Shown one piece after another: positions 8,173 through 17,065 of a stretch of DNA of 64,000 nt. Every line of letters begins with the position of its first letter. Within the stretch, counting starts at the first letter, position 1. The notes under the pieces are model-generated. The model did no database searches. It was given only the letters and a program-made list of their open reading frames with translations, and was not told where the DNA came from. A program made the translations under genes and the position numbers. The DNA is from a virus (lineage: Duplodnaviria; Caudoviricetes): the IMG/VR virus record IMGVR_UViG_3300043432_000238, positions 1-64,000 of that record; one strand, given 5' to 3'.

Positions 8173-9130
8173 TTACTCCCCGTGCACCTTGGCGTAGGGT
8201 TGCGGCAGATGGCCGATCATCGATGCGGCGCGGCCGATGCCTTTGGCGATCTTCTTGCCGCCGGCGAGCGCGCGGCGTTTGAATTCGAAGGGACCGGCCG
8301 CAATGAACAGCGGGCTCACCGCTATCTCCAACGCTCCGATCAAGATGTTCAGCGGCACAGTATGTGCCTTCGCCAGCATGGCGCGGCCGGTTCCCCTTTC
8401 GATTGCGGCGCGCCGCAGATCCGATGCCGCATTCCAGTAGGCACGGTATACCTGCGCGCGGTAGGTCAGCCGCCCGCGGTGAAATTGCTCGTGCGTGATG
8501 GCGCGCTGGGTCTGGCGGATTTCGAAGCCGAGCTTGTGCGCTGTCGAGAAGAATTCGATGTCCTCGCCGCCCATCAGCCCGAGGCTCTCGTCGAAGCGCA
8601 GCCCGGCACGCACGAGCGTCATGCTGAAGCGGACATTGGCCGTCGTGGCTGTCTTCGCCCGCGCGCCCTCGGGCCGCGGCTGTTTGGGCCGGTGCGCTGC
8701 CCAGAACGGAAGCGGGTCGGGATACACAAACTCGCGGCGGCCATCGAGCACGGGCACCTGCCGGTATTCCGGCGCCATCAGCTCGGCGATCCAATAGGGA
8801 TCGGCGACCTCGTCATCGTCGATGAAGGCGATCCAGTCGCAATTGTGCCCGAGCGCGGCGTCGATCACCCGGTTGCGGGCACAAGCGATGCCGCGGCGAT
8901 GTTCATGGAGATATTGGATCGGGAGAGGCGAGCGGTTGCGCAGCGTATTGACGATGCCGCGATTGTTGGGGCGGGGCTCGTTATCGACGACGACGACCCG
9001 GACATCGAGGTCGTTAGGGGTGGCCTGCAGCATCAAGCTTTCGAGGCAGGCGGTCAGCATTTCGGGGCGGCGAAACGTACACACGCCGATACAAATTCGC
9101 GTCCCGTGATGTGAAGCCGGTATGTCCAAC
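8173..9130 (-). CDS. GT2 glycosyltransferase, ExoM-like
   Basis: VCTFRRPEML...VVVVDN...GIACARN...FIDDDE...GGED motifs. Confidence 0.88.
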
Positions 9131-9169
9131 ATTAGCCGTCCCCCATATTTTGTAGGAGTACAGAGAACC

Positions 9170-9183
9170 GTAGAAAATTCCAC
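9170..9183. promoter_or_regulatory. putative repressor operator (GTAGAAAATTCCAC)
   Basis: One mismatch to the GTGGAANNTTCCAC palindromes next to cI. Confidence 0.5.
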
Positions 9184-9616
9184 ATGTCGAGATAAATTTT
9201 CTTAAACTGTGAACGAAATTTCGCACAGCAGTTTTGCCATAAAAATGAAAATTCACGCTTGCCTGTTGAGAATTTGTGGAAATTTCCCGTCTCGACTGAT
9301 CGCCGGCCGGCATGTTCGACGAGAACAATTCATGAACGATATCGGTGCATCCGCAGCGCGAAACGGCGCAAGCTGCTGGTGATCCACTACGACACCGGAG
9401 CCGGCGGCGAGGGCTACTACATGATGCCGGCGCAGATCCGCAGCCATGGTCCTTGGACGGACGGGCGAGAGGGCGAGGTGGTCAATCTGAAGCCGGGATA
9501 CCGGCTGCAATTGGCGCGGCAGAACGATGTGCTGATCGAAGATCCGCCCTATGGCTGGACGCCGGAGGCGTCATAGCGCAGACGCTATTGATGCTGATCG
9601 ATGTCAGCGATCAAAA

Positions 9617-9814
9617 CGGTTTACAAACTGAGTTGATGTTCCTGGAGAGTTCACGGTATTATGAAAGGGATTTGTAAACCGAAGTCTAATAAAATCAACG
9701 ATTTAGCGGAAAATCCGCTGTCCTACCATTAGACGATCCCCCAAATTTCTCGAATTAAATCAGGGACTTACGAGAAATCAAGTTTACAAACTCGGTCTGG
9801 TTTACAAACTCGGT
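9617..9814. other. attP: integrase arm-type repeats flanking a 5' tRNA fragment
   Basis: GTTTACAAA-core repeats at ~9617-9628, ~9670-9681 (inverted), 9782-9796 and 9800-9814 (GTTTACAAACTCGGT twice), directly downstream of the integrase. Confidence 0.75.
9714..9743 (-). other. 5' half of a tRNA (probably tRNA-Gln) forming the att core region; not a complete tRNA
   Basis: TGGGGGATCGTCTAATGGTAGGACAGCGGA gives acceptor 5' strand, D arm (GTCT/GGAC) and anticodon stem 5' strand; no anticodon loop, T arm or 3' end follows. Gln identity inferred from U1 and recalled similarity. Confidence 0.7.
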
Positions 9815-9834
9815 ACTCTTTCTGTTCGGGTGAG

Positions 9835-10905
9835 TCAAGCTTTCTGCGCCTTGCGCGCCTCGCGCCGATCGCGGCTTGCGCGGGCGGATCTTGCCTTGTC
9901 CGCAAAGCGGGCATACCGGCTGACCATCTGCACGCTCATGCCCAATTCATCGGCGATGGCGCCGTCTTCCGTGCCGGCTTCGCGGCGGTCGCAGACTGCC
10001 GTCGCGCGCAATCCGTGGATCGTCATCTTGACGCCCTCGATCGGCTTGGCTTCATCACTGTCGCGCCATCGGTTCCAGCGGCTGTTCAGGCCATCGCCCG
10101 TATATGGATTTCCGGTCGGACTTTTGAGAAAGAAGTCAAGCTCACCGACGCCCCATGATCTGATTTCCGCAATCTGCGGTTTCGTCAGTGGTACAAAATG
10201 CGTCTTGCCACGTAACTTGCTGATCGATAGCCTGACCCCGTCAGACGTGAGGTTTGCGCCGCGAAAGGCGACGAGATCTTCGCGGCGCTGCCCGCACGCC
10301 CGGCCGAGAAATGCCATGCGCCGCAGATCCTCTGGCGCATGCTGCAGCACGAACAAGTAAGCATCTTCCGGCCACGGTTCCGCGCCCCCCTCATCGCTCT
10401 TCAGCTTCTTGATGCCCATCGCAGGATTGTCGGTGCGATAGCCGCGCGGGATCGACCATTCGAGCAGTGTCCGCAATACGGCGATCATGTGGTTCGCGGC
10501 GACCGGCGTTGCTGCCATTCGGTCGCGCATCTGGTAGATGTCCGCACGTGTCAAATCGGCGACGAGCTGATTGGCAACGCCGACCGTCAGCCGGTCGAGA
10601 TAGGTGCTGTAGTCCTTTTGCGTACGCGGTTTCAGCCAGGTGAATTCCTGCGACCCGCGATAGGCAACGATCAGCTCGCCAAAGGTGTAGGTCGGTCCCG
10701 TTGGCTCAAGAGGATCAGCGCCTTGAGCCTCTTTCAGCCGTTGCCAGAATAGCGGATCGTTGGTGTCCGATCCGAGGGCGATACGCTTACCGGCGCTCTT
10801 CGTTGCCCGGTTGGCTTGGTAATAGAAATACCTGCGCCCGTTTGGCTTGGTCACGCACTGCACGCCTTTTGGCAGGTGCAGGCTTACGCTTTTGGGTCGG
10901 GGCAT
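9835..10905 (-). CDS. int: tyrosine integrase
   Basis: R (GQRRED), HGLRAT and catalytic Y (SRYAR); N-terminal arm-binding domain. Confidence 0.95.
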   Translation of the reverse strand: MPRPKSVSLHLPKGVQCVTKPNGRRYFYYQANRATKSAGKRIALGSDTNDPLFWQRLKEAQGADPLEPTGPTYTFGELIVAYRGSQEFTWLKPRTQKDYSTYLDRLTVGVANQLVADLTRADIYQMRDRMAATPVAANHMIAVLRTLLEWSIPRGYRTDNPAMGIKKLKSDEGGAEPWPEDAYLFVLQHAPEDLRRMAFLGRACGQRREDLVAFRGANLTSDGVRLSISKLRGKTHFVPLTKPQIAEIRSWGVGELDFFLKSPTGNPYTGDGLNSRWNRWRDSDEAKPIEGVKMTIHGLRATAVCDRREAGTEDGAIADELGMSVQMVSRYARFADKARSARASRDRREARKAQKA

Positions 10906-11191
10906 ACATCGCCTCCGCGAAGAACGGCTCGCGCGGTTTCGAAATGGCCGTCTCAGTAGAAGATGGCGTCAATTCGACCGATCGTCCTGTTAGAAATAAC
11001 ATCACATCCGACCAGAGCCAGCGTGGATTCTTGCCGGCCCAAAGCGTCGGCTTCGGCAATTTGCCTTCTCGGACATAGGCGTCCCAAGTCGCGGGAGACA
11101 TGCAAAGTTCGGCCGCCCCCGTCTCGCGATTGACGAAGACGGGCGTTCTCGCCGGCAGCACGAAATCGCGCGGCTTGGCGTGCTCGCTCAT
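10787..11191 (-). CDS. AlpA-like excisionase / recombination directionality factor
   Basis: AAELCMSPATWDAYVREGKLPKP...PRWLWSDV, just upstream of int. Confidence 0.75.
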   Translation of the reverse strand: MSEHAKPRDFVLPARTPVFVNRETGAAELCMSPATWDAYVREGKLPKPTLWAGKNPRWLWSDVMLFLTGRSVELTPSSTETAISKPREPFFAEAMYAPTQKRKPAPAKRRAVRDQAKRAQVFLLPSQPGNEERR

Positions 11192-11478
11192 GGCGCCGGT
11201 TTCCTCGACAACAACCCGCCGCGCGCCACATGGTCGAGGCTGGCCGGTTTCAGCGCCGCCAGATCCTCGCCCGTCGGCCGATACCATTCGAGCGCCGGGC
11301 GGACATCTGCCAGGATGTCTTGCGGCGCGCGGTAGCAGAAGCTGACAGCTAGTCCGTTGCAACCGGAATGGAGACAGCCCGTCAGGAACGGTGTCACGCC
11401 TTCGTCGATGTCGATCGTGACGAAGCCATGGCCACATTTGGGGCACATGTAGACGTTCTTCTTGCCTTGGAAACTCAT
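11188..11478 (-). CDS. Zn-ribbon phage hypothetical protein
   Basis: CPKCG...C..SGC; coupled ORF. Confidence 0.65.
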   Translation of the reverse strand: MSFQGKKNVYMCPKCGHGFVTIDIDEGVTPFLTGCLHSGCNGLAVSFCYRAPQDILADVRPALEWYRPTGEDLAALKPASLDHVARGGLLSRKPAP

Positions 11479-11885
11479 GCTGTTTTCGCTTTCTTCGGGA
11501 ACGGCCGGCTTGGGATCTCCCGCCCCTTCGGCCAGCGGAACTTGACGACCTCGCGCGGCTTCGGACCGCCGAGGATTTTCGCGCGCATGGTCTGCGCATG
11601 CTTCTCGTGCGCGCTGGCTAGCCGCTTGCCCTTGTCGATCGCCGGTTTGTCGATGATCGCCGTGCGTTCCCGATGCGACTTGATCCAGAGCGGCGTCAAA
11701 TTGGTCGGGTGATTGGAGCCGCCATTGGCGCGGCGGTTCTCGTGGTGCCATTGGAACAGCGATAGAATCTGATCGGCGGTCATATCCCTGGCGACGTCGA
11801 ACGGGATGCCGTCGCTGCGCAGATCGGCGATGATCAGCAGGGCTGACGCGAGCTTCTCTCGCAATGTCGGCGGGCGGGAGGTCAT
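11475..11885 (-). CDS. HNH-like protein
   Basis: WHHENRRANGGSNHPTNLTPL...SH pattern. Confidence 0.6.
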   Translation of the reverse strand: MTSRPPTLREKLASALLIIADLRSDGIPFDVARDMTADQILSLFQWHHENRRANGGSNHPTNLTPLWIKSHRERTAIIDKPAIDKGKRLASAHEKHAQTMRAKILGGPKPREVVKFRWPKGREIPSRPFPKKAKTA

Positions 11886-12181
11886 TCGGCGGCCGTCCCC
11901 GCGCGCTTCGCCTTCTCGATCACCGGATTGATCGCGGCGCAGATCTCCTTCGCCAATTCAGTGCTGGCATTGCCGTACTCGTAGCTCTTTAAAGCGCACT
12001 GCGCTGCGGTCAGCATGCGAACAAGCTCGGCCTGCTGCTTGAGCAGCGTGTCGATCGCTTCCGCCGCCTCGAAATACATATCGCTGACGAAGGTGGCGCG
12101 GCTGCCGGACGCGGTCACTTGCGCCTCGGCGAGGCCGAGCAGCCAGCGGCGGGTTTTGCCGTAGTCCGGCTCAGCCATCAT
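11882..12181 (-). CDS. hypothetical protein
   Basis: Coupled ORF in the early operon. Confidence 0.6.
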   Translation of the reverse strand: MMAEPDYGKTRRWLLGLAEAQVTASGSRATFVSDMYFEAAEAIDTLLKQQAELVRMLTAAQCALKSYEYGNASTELAKEICAAINPVIEKAKRAGTAAE

Positions 12182-12414
12182 CCCAGTTCCTGCTCTTGGA
12201 TGGCATCGAACAATGCCTTCTCGGCAACTATGATGTCGCGCAGCTCATGCAGCCGCACGCGCGCATCGTCATTGCATTCTTTTGCCGGCAGCACATTTAG
12301 GACACGGTCGATACGTTCCAACGTGGAATGGAGACCCGCCTTCAGCCATCCCGCCTGCTTGGGAAAGCAGCCGGCCATGTCCTTGACCCACTTTTGATTG
12401 ACCTCATCAGCCAT
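12178..12414 (-). CDS. hypothetical protein
   Basis: Starts within junction repeat A. Confidence 0.6.
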   Translation of the reverse strand: MADEVNQKWVKDMAGCFPKQAGWLKAGLHSTLERIDRVLNVLPAKECNDDARVRLHELRDIIVAEKALFDAIQEQELG

Positions 12415-12649
12415 TGGCTCTCTCTGTCTTTCTACGCTCGGCGGCATCAAGTTCGGCGCGCCAACGGAGAGGCCTTCCATCCATATAATAACCGCGGCGA
12501 TTGACCATCCATTCCATTATGGCTTGGCCTTTCCAGCATCCCACGAAGTCTCCATTGCGCAGATCGAAATGCTCAGCCGCTTCTGGTGTGATCGGGATCT
12601 GGCGGTCCCCATGCGCCATGGAATATATCCAGATCTCTTTCTCAGCCAT
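12407..12649 (-). CDS. hypothetical protein
   Basis: Bounded by junction repeats; ends ERANG. Confidence 0.6.
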   Translation of the reverse strand: MAEKEIWIYSMAHGDRQIPITPEAAEHFDLRNGDFVGCWKGQAIMEWMVNRRGYYMDGRPLRWRAELDAAERRKTERANG

Positions 12650-13103
12650 TGGCTCTCTCCGGCATCTCATTGTGCTCGCGGGAGTCACGTTCCAATATGA
12701 GTAGTCCGCCCATCGTCATTCCTGACCGTCGCCATCCAGCGGCCATAAAACAGAAGCCCGGATTGCTGCTCCGAACTGCCTTCGGATCGACGTATGTGTA
12801 ATGCCTTTCACCAGGCCACACGTGATCAGCGACTGCATCTGCTTGTCGGATAAGGCCTGATGATCGGTGCGAGCTTTCGTTCCGGAATATCGCGCAATTG
12901 ACGCCTTGCTCGCCACTGGCATCTTTGAACTTCCGCCAGACAAAGAGAGCATCGGCATCTCCAGTTCGGAGGACGATTTTTTGTCCGGGGCCGACGAAGA
13001 GCCGTCGCCGCCGTCCGTCTCGATAGCGATAACAGGAATAATGCCGCTCATAGAGTTCGAGGCAGGATCGGTCGCCATCCTTGGTCAGATACCAATCAGC
13101 CAT
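12642..13103 (-). CDS. conserved phage protein, possible Mom-like GNAT fold
   Basis: FVGPGQKIVL...CAIFRNE...HYTYVDP...NPGFCFMAAGW...G motif. Confidence 0.6.
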   Translation of the reverse strand: MADWYLTKDGDRSCLELYERHYSCYRYRDGRRRRLFVGPGQKIVLRTGDADALFVWRKFKDASGEQGVNCAIFRNESSHRSSGLIRQADAVADHVWPGERHYTYVDPKAVRSSNPGFCFMAAGWRRSGMTMGGLLILERDSREHNEMPERANG

Positions 13104-13314
13104 CAGCTCTCTCCGGTTTGCCTTTGGCACCAGGGCTGTCGGTCCAATCCTTGGCCACGTGAAATCCGATGCATTCGGCCGGACTGTTCATCCCCGGATG
13201 CCATCCATTATCGCGAGCGCAGAACCCCTTTGGGCAACCTTCTGCCGGACAAAACAAATTCTCGCCGTCTGGCTCACGGCAGCAGCGCCACGCTTCGAAA
13301 TCTAGATCAGCCAT
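13096..13314 (-). CDS. Cys-rich hypothetical protein
   Basis: Bounded by junction repeats; ends ERADG. Confidence 0.55.
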   Translation of the reverse strand: MADLDFEAWRCCREPDGENLFCPAEGCPKGFCARDNGWHPGMNSPAECIGFHVAKDWTDSPGAKGKPERADG

Positions 13315-13612
13315 TGGCTCTCTCCGGCATCTCATTGTGCCCATCGCGATCAAGCTTCGCCTGGATCGCAGCGGCGAATTTGATCGCGTCGAAGAGCGCA
13401 ATGCCTTTCACGTCGCCATAGCCCCAATCACCGGGCGCGCCGAAGGCTTTATGGATGGCGTCGATATGGCCGAGCGCATTCGTCAGCATGCCGGCGAGTT
13501 CGGCCTTCTGCGCCGATAGGCTCTCGCAGATGTCCATATATTCGCGGAGTTTGGCCGCATGCTCACTGGCCAATGCCTCTTTCACCGGTGGGGCAGCGGC
13601 GTCGATACTCAT
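13307..13612 (-). CDS. hypothetical protein
   Basis: Coupled ORF; ends MPERANG. Confidence 0.6.
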   Translation of the reverse strand: MSIDAAAPPVKEALASEHAAKLREYMDICESLSAQKAELAGMLTNALGHIDAIHKAFGAPGDWGYGDVKGIALFDAIKFAAAIQAKLDRDGHNEMPERANG

Positions 13613-13842
13613 GGCTGCCTCATGCTGAGCACGCGTTCCACGCGCCAGTTCCTGCCCTCATGGCGATACGCGAGAACCTCGATGACATCATCTGCCAGCG
13701 GTGCAGGAAATCTGGATTCGTCCAGCACTGTGCGATGGAGAAAGATGTCGGCGCCGCCGTCGTTCGGGACGAGGAAACCATAGCCCGCGACGCTATTGAA
13801 CCATTTCAGGGAACATTGTTTTTTTACTGACGCACTCATCAT
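13609..13842 (-). CDS. cold-shock domain protein
   Basis: KWFNSVAGYGFL (RNP1), DIFLH (RNP2). Confidence 0.88.
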   Translation of the reverse strand: MMSASVKKQCSLKWFNSVAGYGFLVPNDGGADIFLHRTVLDESRFPAPLADDVIEVLAYRHEGRNWRVERVLSMRQP

Positions 13843-13999
13843 TCCTACTCCACTAAGAACTGCCGGGGTCTCCGCAGAGCCAGTGATAACCCTGCGGCTC
13901 AGTCGGCTTGCTCGATGCGTACATATCCGCGCCTTCTCGAGCCGACCTTTGTTTGCTACGGACGCCCCGGCCCGCCCGCGTCCTTTGGCGCGGAATTCA

Positions 14000-14140
14000 C
14001 TATTCGGCGATGCTGAATACGATCAGGCCGACCAGCAGAAACAGCAGCGCGGCGCCGAAATTCCAGAAGGCGGCGAAGGGCGAGGCGATCATCATCAAGA
14101 TCGAGACGAGGCCGATGGCGTCGCGGAAATTGCTGATCAT
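14000..14140 (-). CDS. small membrane protein
   Basis: 46 aa, two hydrophobic segments, coupled to the upstream gene. Confidence 0.5.
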   Translation of the reverse strand: MISNFRDAIGLVSILMMIASPFAAFWNFGAALLFLLVGLIVFSIAE

Positions 14141-14598
14141 GCCGCCCTCCTCTCGTCCATCACGTACATCAGAAGCGCGATCGCGTCGGCGTCGTTGTCG
14201 TCGGTTGGCGCAAAACCTTTCGCGCGCACCGCCGCAATCATCGCCTCCTTGTTGGCGTTGCCCTTGCCCGTCGCATGGCGTTTGATCGTGCCGACCGGGA
14301 CGCCCTGATAGGGGATCTCGCGCGCCTCGCACCACGCCGTCAGCGTCGCGAGGAAACCGCCAAAGATGTGGGCAGCCGCTGTCCCCTTATGCGCGGCGAC
14401 GCTTTCGAAATACACCGCATCGACCGGCCCGTGCTGCTCGTGCATCTCGTTCAGCCAGCGCTTGAAACGCAGCCACTGCATGCCGCCGCCTTCATGCCGG
14501 CCGGCGCGAAATTCGACGACGCCGTGCTGGACGTCGCTGGGGCCGTAGCCCATGGCCCAGCCGAGACGGGAGCCGAGGTCCAGGGCGAGGATGCTCAT
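14137..14598 (-). CDS. phage RuvC-like Holliday junction resolvase
   Basis: ILALDLG...VYFE...GKGNANKEAM...DNDADAIAL motifs. Confidence 0.85.
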   Translation of the reverse strand: MSILALDLGSRLGWAMGYGPSDVQHGVVEFRAGRHEGGGMQWLRFKRWLNEMHEQHGPVDAVYFESVAAHKGTAAAHIFGGFLATLTAWCEAREIPYQGVPVGTIKRHATGKGNANKEAMIAAVRAKGFAPTDDNDADAIALLMYVMDERRAA

Positions 14599-14909
14599 GG
14601 CTTCCACCCGGTACGCTGCAGCGTGCGATAAACTTCATTGAGTGGACTGAGCACCTTCGCAGGCATGCTGGCATAAAGGATGCTGTCCTGCGAAATCAGA
14701 TCCATCAGCCGGATCACCGCATCGCGTAGCTCTTGGCTTGCCGCGCCTCCGATCAGCGGCGAGGAGGCTTCGCTGTCTTTTGCCCGGCCGAGCATCAGCG
14801 CGTCGCAAATCACGTCTTCGATCCGGTGGCGGACGAATGTCCGCTCCCGCTCGACATGGTCGAAGACGGCAGCGGCGATCTGTGCGGCGATGTCGCGGGG
14901 ATTGCTCAT
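14595..14909 (-). CDS. hypothetical protein
   Basis: Coupled ORF. Confidence 0.55.
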   Translation of the reverse strand: MSNPRDIAAQIAAAVFDHVERERTFVRHRIEDVICDALMLGRAKDSEASSPLIGGAASQELRDAVIRLMDLISQDSILYASMPAKVLSPLNEVYRTLQRTGWKP

Positions 14910-15457
14910 CAGGCATGCTCCCTCAAAGTTTCCGCCGGAATGCCGTATCGCTCCTCTGTGCGCTCGAATAGGTCGCCCTGGGCGCGCTTGCCGTCGAGGA
15001 AGCGCTGCACCTCTTCCTTCAGAGCGTTCAGCGCATCCTGCGCGCCATCCGGCATCACCGGCTGGTTGCCATCCTCGGCATATTGGTCATAGGGCAGATG
15101 CGGCGTCGTTCCGCAGAATGGCGAATTGCTGCCTTCCAGATCGACCTGGAAGATGATGCAGGCGCCCTCGACGCTGGTGGTCTCGCTATAGGACCAAGAG
15201 ACGCCGGTGACTCGGATGCGATCGCGCGCTTCCTTTGCGATGCCGTCCAGATAGAGGCTGCTCGGCCATTCCAGGATTTCGCGGACGCTGTCGCCGAGCG
15301 CCTGGAAACCGGTCGCGACATCGGGATGGATCTTGTCCATCGCGCAGGTGACGACGGTCTTGCGCTCGGTGTCCTTGTCGTGGCCGTCCATCTCGACGAT
15401 GAACTGGCCGTCCTTGATCTTGGCCTTGGCGATACGCTGAACGCTGGTGGTGGTCAT
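14909..15457 (-). CDS. hypothetical protein
   Basis: Coupled ORF with good codon usage. Confidence 0.6.
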   Translation of the reverse strand: MTTTSVQRIAKAKIKDGQFIVEMDGHDKDTERKTVVTCAMDKIHPDVATGFQALGDSVREILEWPSSLYLDGIAKEARDRIRVTGVSWSYSETTSVEGACIIFQVDLEGSNSPFCGTTPHLPYDQYAEDGNQPVMPDGAQDALNALKEEVQRFLDGKRAQGDLFERTEERYGIPAETLREHA

Positions 15458-15789
15458 GGCGATGGCGTCCCCGCATTCGCCGGCTCCTCGACGTCCTCGA
15501 TGCCGTGCTCGCCATTGACCCAGGCTTCCTGGAAATCGTTCGGGTCGAGCGTGGCATCGCGCAGTTTGAACGCGACCGCCGCAACGTCCTCCCAGTTCAT
15601 GTTGTTGGATGCCCAATCATGGATTTCGTCCGGGCATTCCTCGAACATTGGCAACGTGTCTTCGACGAGCGACTTCTCGATATCGCCGTCGAACTCGCAG
15701 GCGTAATTCTTCGCGCGGTCGCGGGCGATGGCGTCGACCGGGACGGCCCAGATCGAGCCGTCAGCTTGTTTGATGGTGCGGACCTTCAT
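15454..15789 (-). CDS. phage hypothetical protein
   Basis: Coupled ORF. Confidence 0.6.
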   Translation of the reverse strand: MKVRTIKQADGSIWAVPVDAIARDRAKNYACEFDGDIEKSLVEDTLPMFEECPDEIHDWASNNMNWEDVAAVAFKLRDATLDPNDFQEAWVNGEHGIEDVEEPANAGTPSP

Positions 15790-15804
15790 GGCTTGCGCTT
15801 TGCC

Positions 15805-16029
15805 TCAATTGAAGCCGTTGATAAACTTACGCATCTCGTCGGCTGTGCCGAGATGTCCGCCGAGTAAGAGTTGATGGCCAAGCACGATGGCGGAATGATC
15901 TTTGGTTTCCTCATGCTTGCCCATATCGCTGGCGAATGACGCCCAGGCGCTGGGGAGATCGCCCTGGTCGACATATTCCAGCGCACGGTCCTTGCACCAT
16001 TGAAGGTGTTCTCCTCTCGCTTGTGTCAT
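15805..16029 (-). CDS. conserved phage hypothetical protein
   Basis: HLQWCKDRALEY...SDMGKH motif. Confidence 0.65.
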   Translation of the reverse strand: MTQARGEHLQWCKDRALEYVDQGDLPSAWASFASDMGKHEETKDHSAIVLGHQLLLGGHLGTADEMRKFINGFN

Positions 16030-16033
16030 GTCC

Positions 16034-17065
16034 TCAGACGGTCCCGAATTGTTCGACGTTGATCTTCGAATTCTCCTCGTCCCAGCCACGCAAGAACGCA
16101 TCGGCCTCCGGCTGCCGGGATTTGTAGTGGTAGCCCTTCGGCACCTCGCGCGGGAAACCGTCGCGCCGGGCACCTCGACCGCGGGCGACAGCGTCCCTGA
16201 TATTGGCGGGAAGATCGGCGTTGTCCGCACCATCCGGCCCCGCGGGGGTTAGAGCATCGGATGGTGCGGACGCGTCGGAGGCTTCAGGGAGAGCGACCTG
16301 GGCCTCCGGCTCAGCAGGCTCTGCGGCTGGGGCTGATGCAGATGCCTGGCTGTCGGGATCGCCATCGCTGGCGAATTGGTCGAGACGGGATGAGATAGAT
16401 TGTGGGGCAGAGGCTTGCACGCGCGATGCGTCCACCGTCTGATAATCGGCCGGGGCCAGATCGATGACATCGTCGACCTCATCGGCCGTCATCAGCCCCA
16501 TCGACAGTTCCGGCGCGTAAGCGCGCGTCCACCATGCGCCGGCGCGATAGATCAGCATCTGCTGCGGCATGGTCTGCCACTTGCTGTCTTTCCGTCCGTA
16601 CCAGCCCTCTTTCTTCGCGAGCGCCATAGAGATATCGGCACCGACCAGCTTTTCGCCGGTCGATTTTTCGGTTGCCCAAGCGCGGCAACCCCAGTCGTCC
16701 TGCCCCTGCGTGCCGAAGAACTCATAGCGCAGCGCCGTGAACCGCCCGCAAGTGTTGACGCTGGCGATCAGGAACTGGCTCGACCAACTGGGACGCCCGT
16801 GCACGACGGCGAGATTCTGCATCACCATCAGCGGATCAGCGCCGATCCTCTTGGCTAGGTTGAGCGCGATCATGCAATTGCCGATCGCCTCGGGTGTGTT
16901 GCCCTGATAGTGCCTCGGCACCAGTGTCGATGCGCAAAATCCCTTAGCGACCCGCTGCATCAACTCAAAGCTTTGCAGATCGAAGAAGCCAGCATTGACG
17001 ACCGGCAGCCGCGAAGGCGCGCTATTCGTCTGATCGGTAGGCGGACGGACGACGATCTGGTTCAT
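16034..17065 (-). CDS. single-strand annealing protein (RecT/Redbeta-like)
   Basis: LVPRHYQG...NCMIAL...DPLMVMQNL.VVHGRPSW...W..MP..ML.YRA; adjacent to the YqaJ exonuclease. Confidence 0.8.
   Translation of the reverse strand: MNQIVVRPPTDQTNSAPSRLPVVNAGFFDLQSFELMQRVAKGFCASTLVPRHYQGNTPEAIGNCMIALNLAKRIGADPLMVMQNLAVVHGRPSWSSQFLIASVNTCGRFTALRYEFFGTQGQDDWGCRAWATEKSTGEKLVGADISMALAKKEGWYGRKDSKWQTMPQQMLIYRAGAWWTRAYAPELSMGLMTADEVDDVIDLAPADYQTVDASRVQASAPQSISSRLDQFASDGDPDSQASASAPAAEPAEPEAQVALPEASDASAPSDALTPAGPDGADNADLPANIRDAVARGRGARRDGFPREVPKGYHYKSRQPEADAFLRGWDEENSKINVEQFGTV

Larger units (their letters stand above)
12642..13340 (-). repeat. 34-nt direct repeat at gene junctions (12642-12675 and 13307-13340; partial copies 12407-12425 and 13096-13116)
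   Basis: TCAGCCATTGGCTCTCTCCGGCATCTCATTGTGC, identical in the two full copies. Confidence 0.9.

Noticed and set aside
9706-9743. Functional tRNA gene
   Set aside because: Only the 5' 30 nt are present; no anticodon loop, T arm or 3' acceptor strand.
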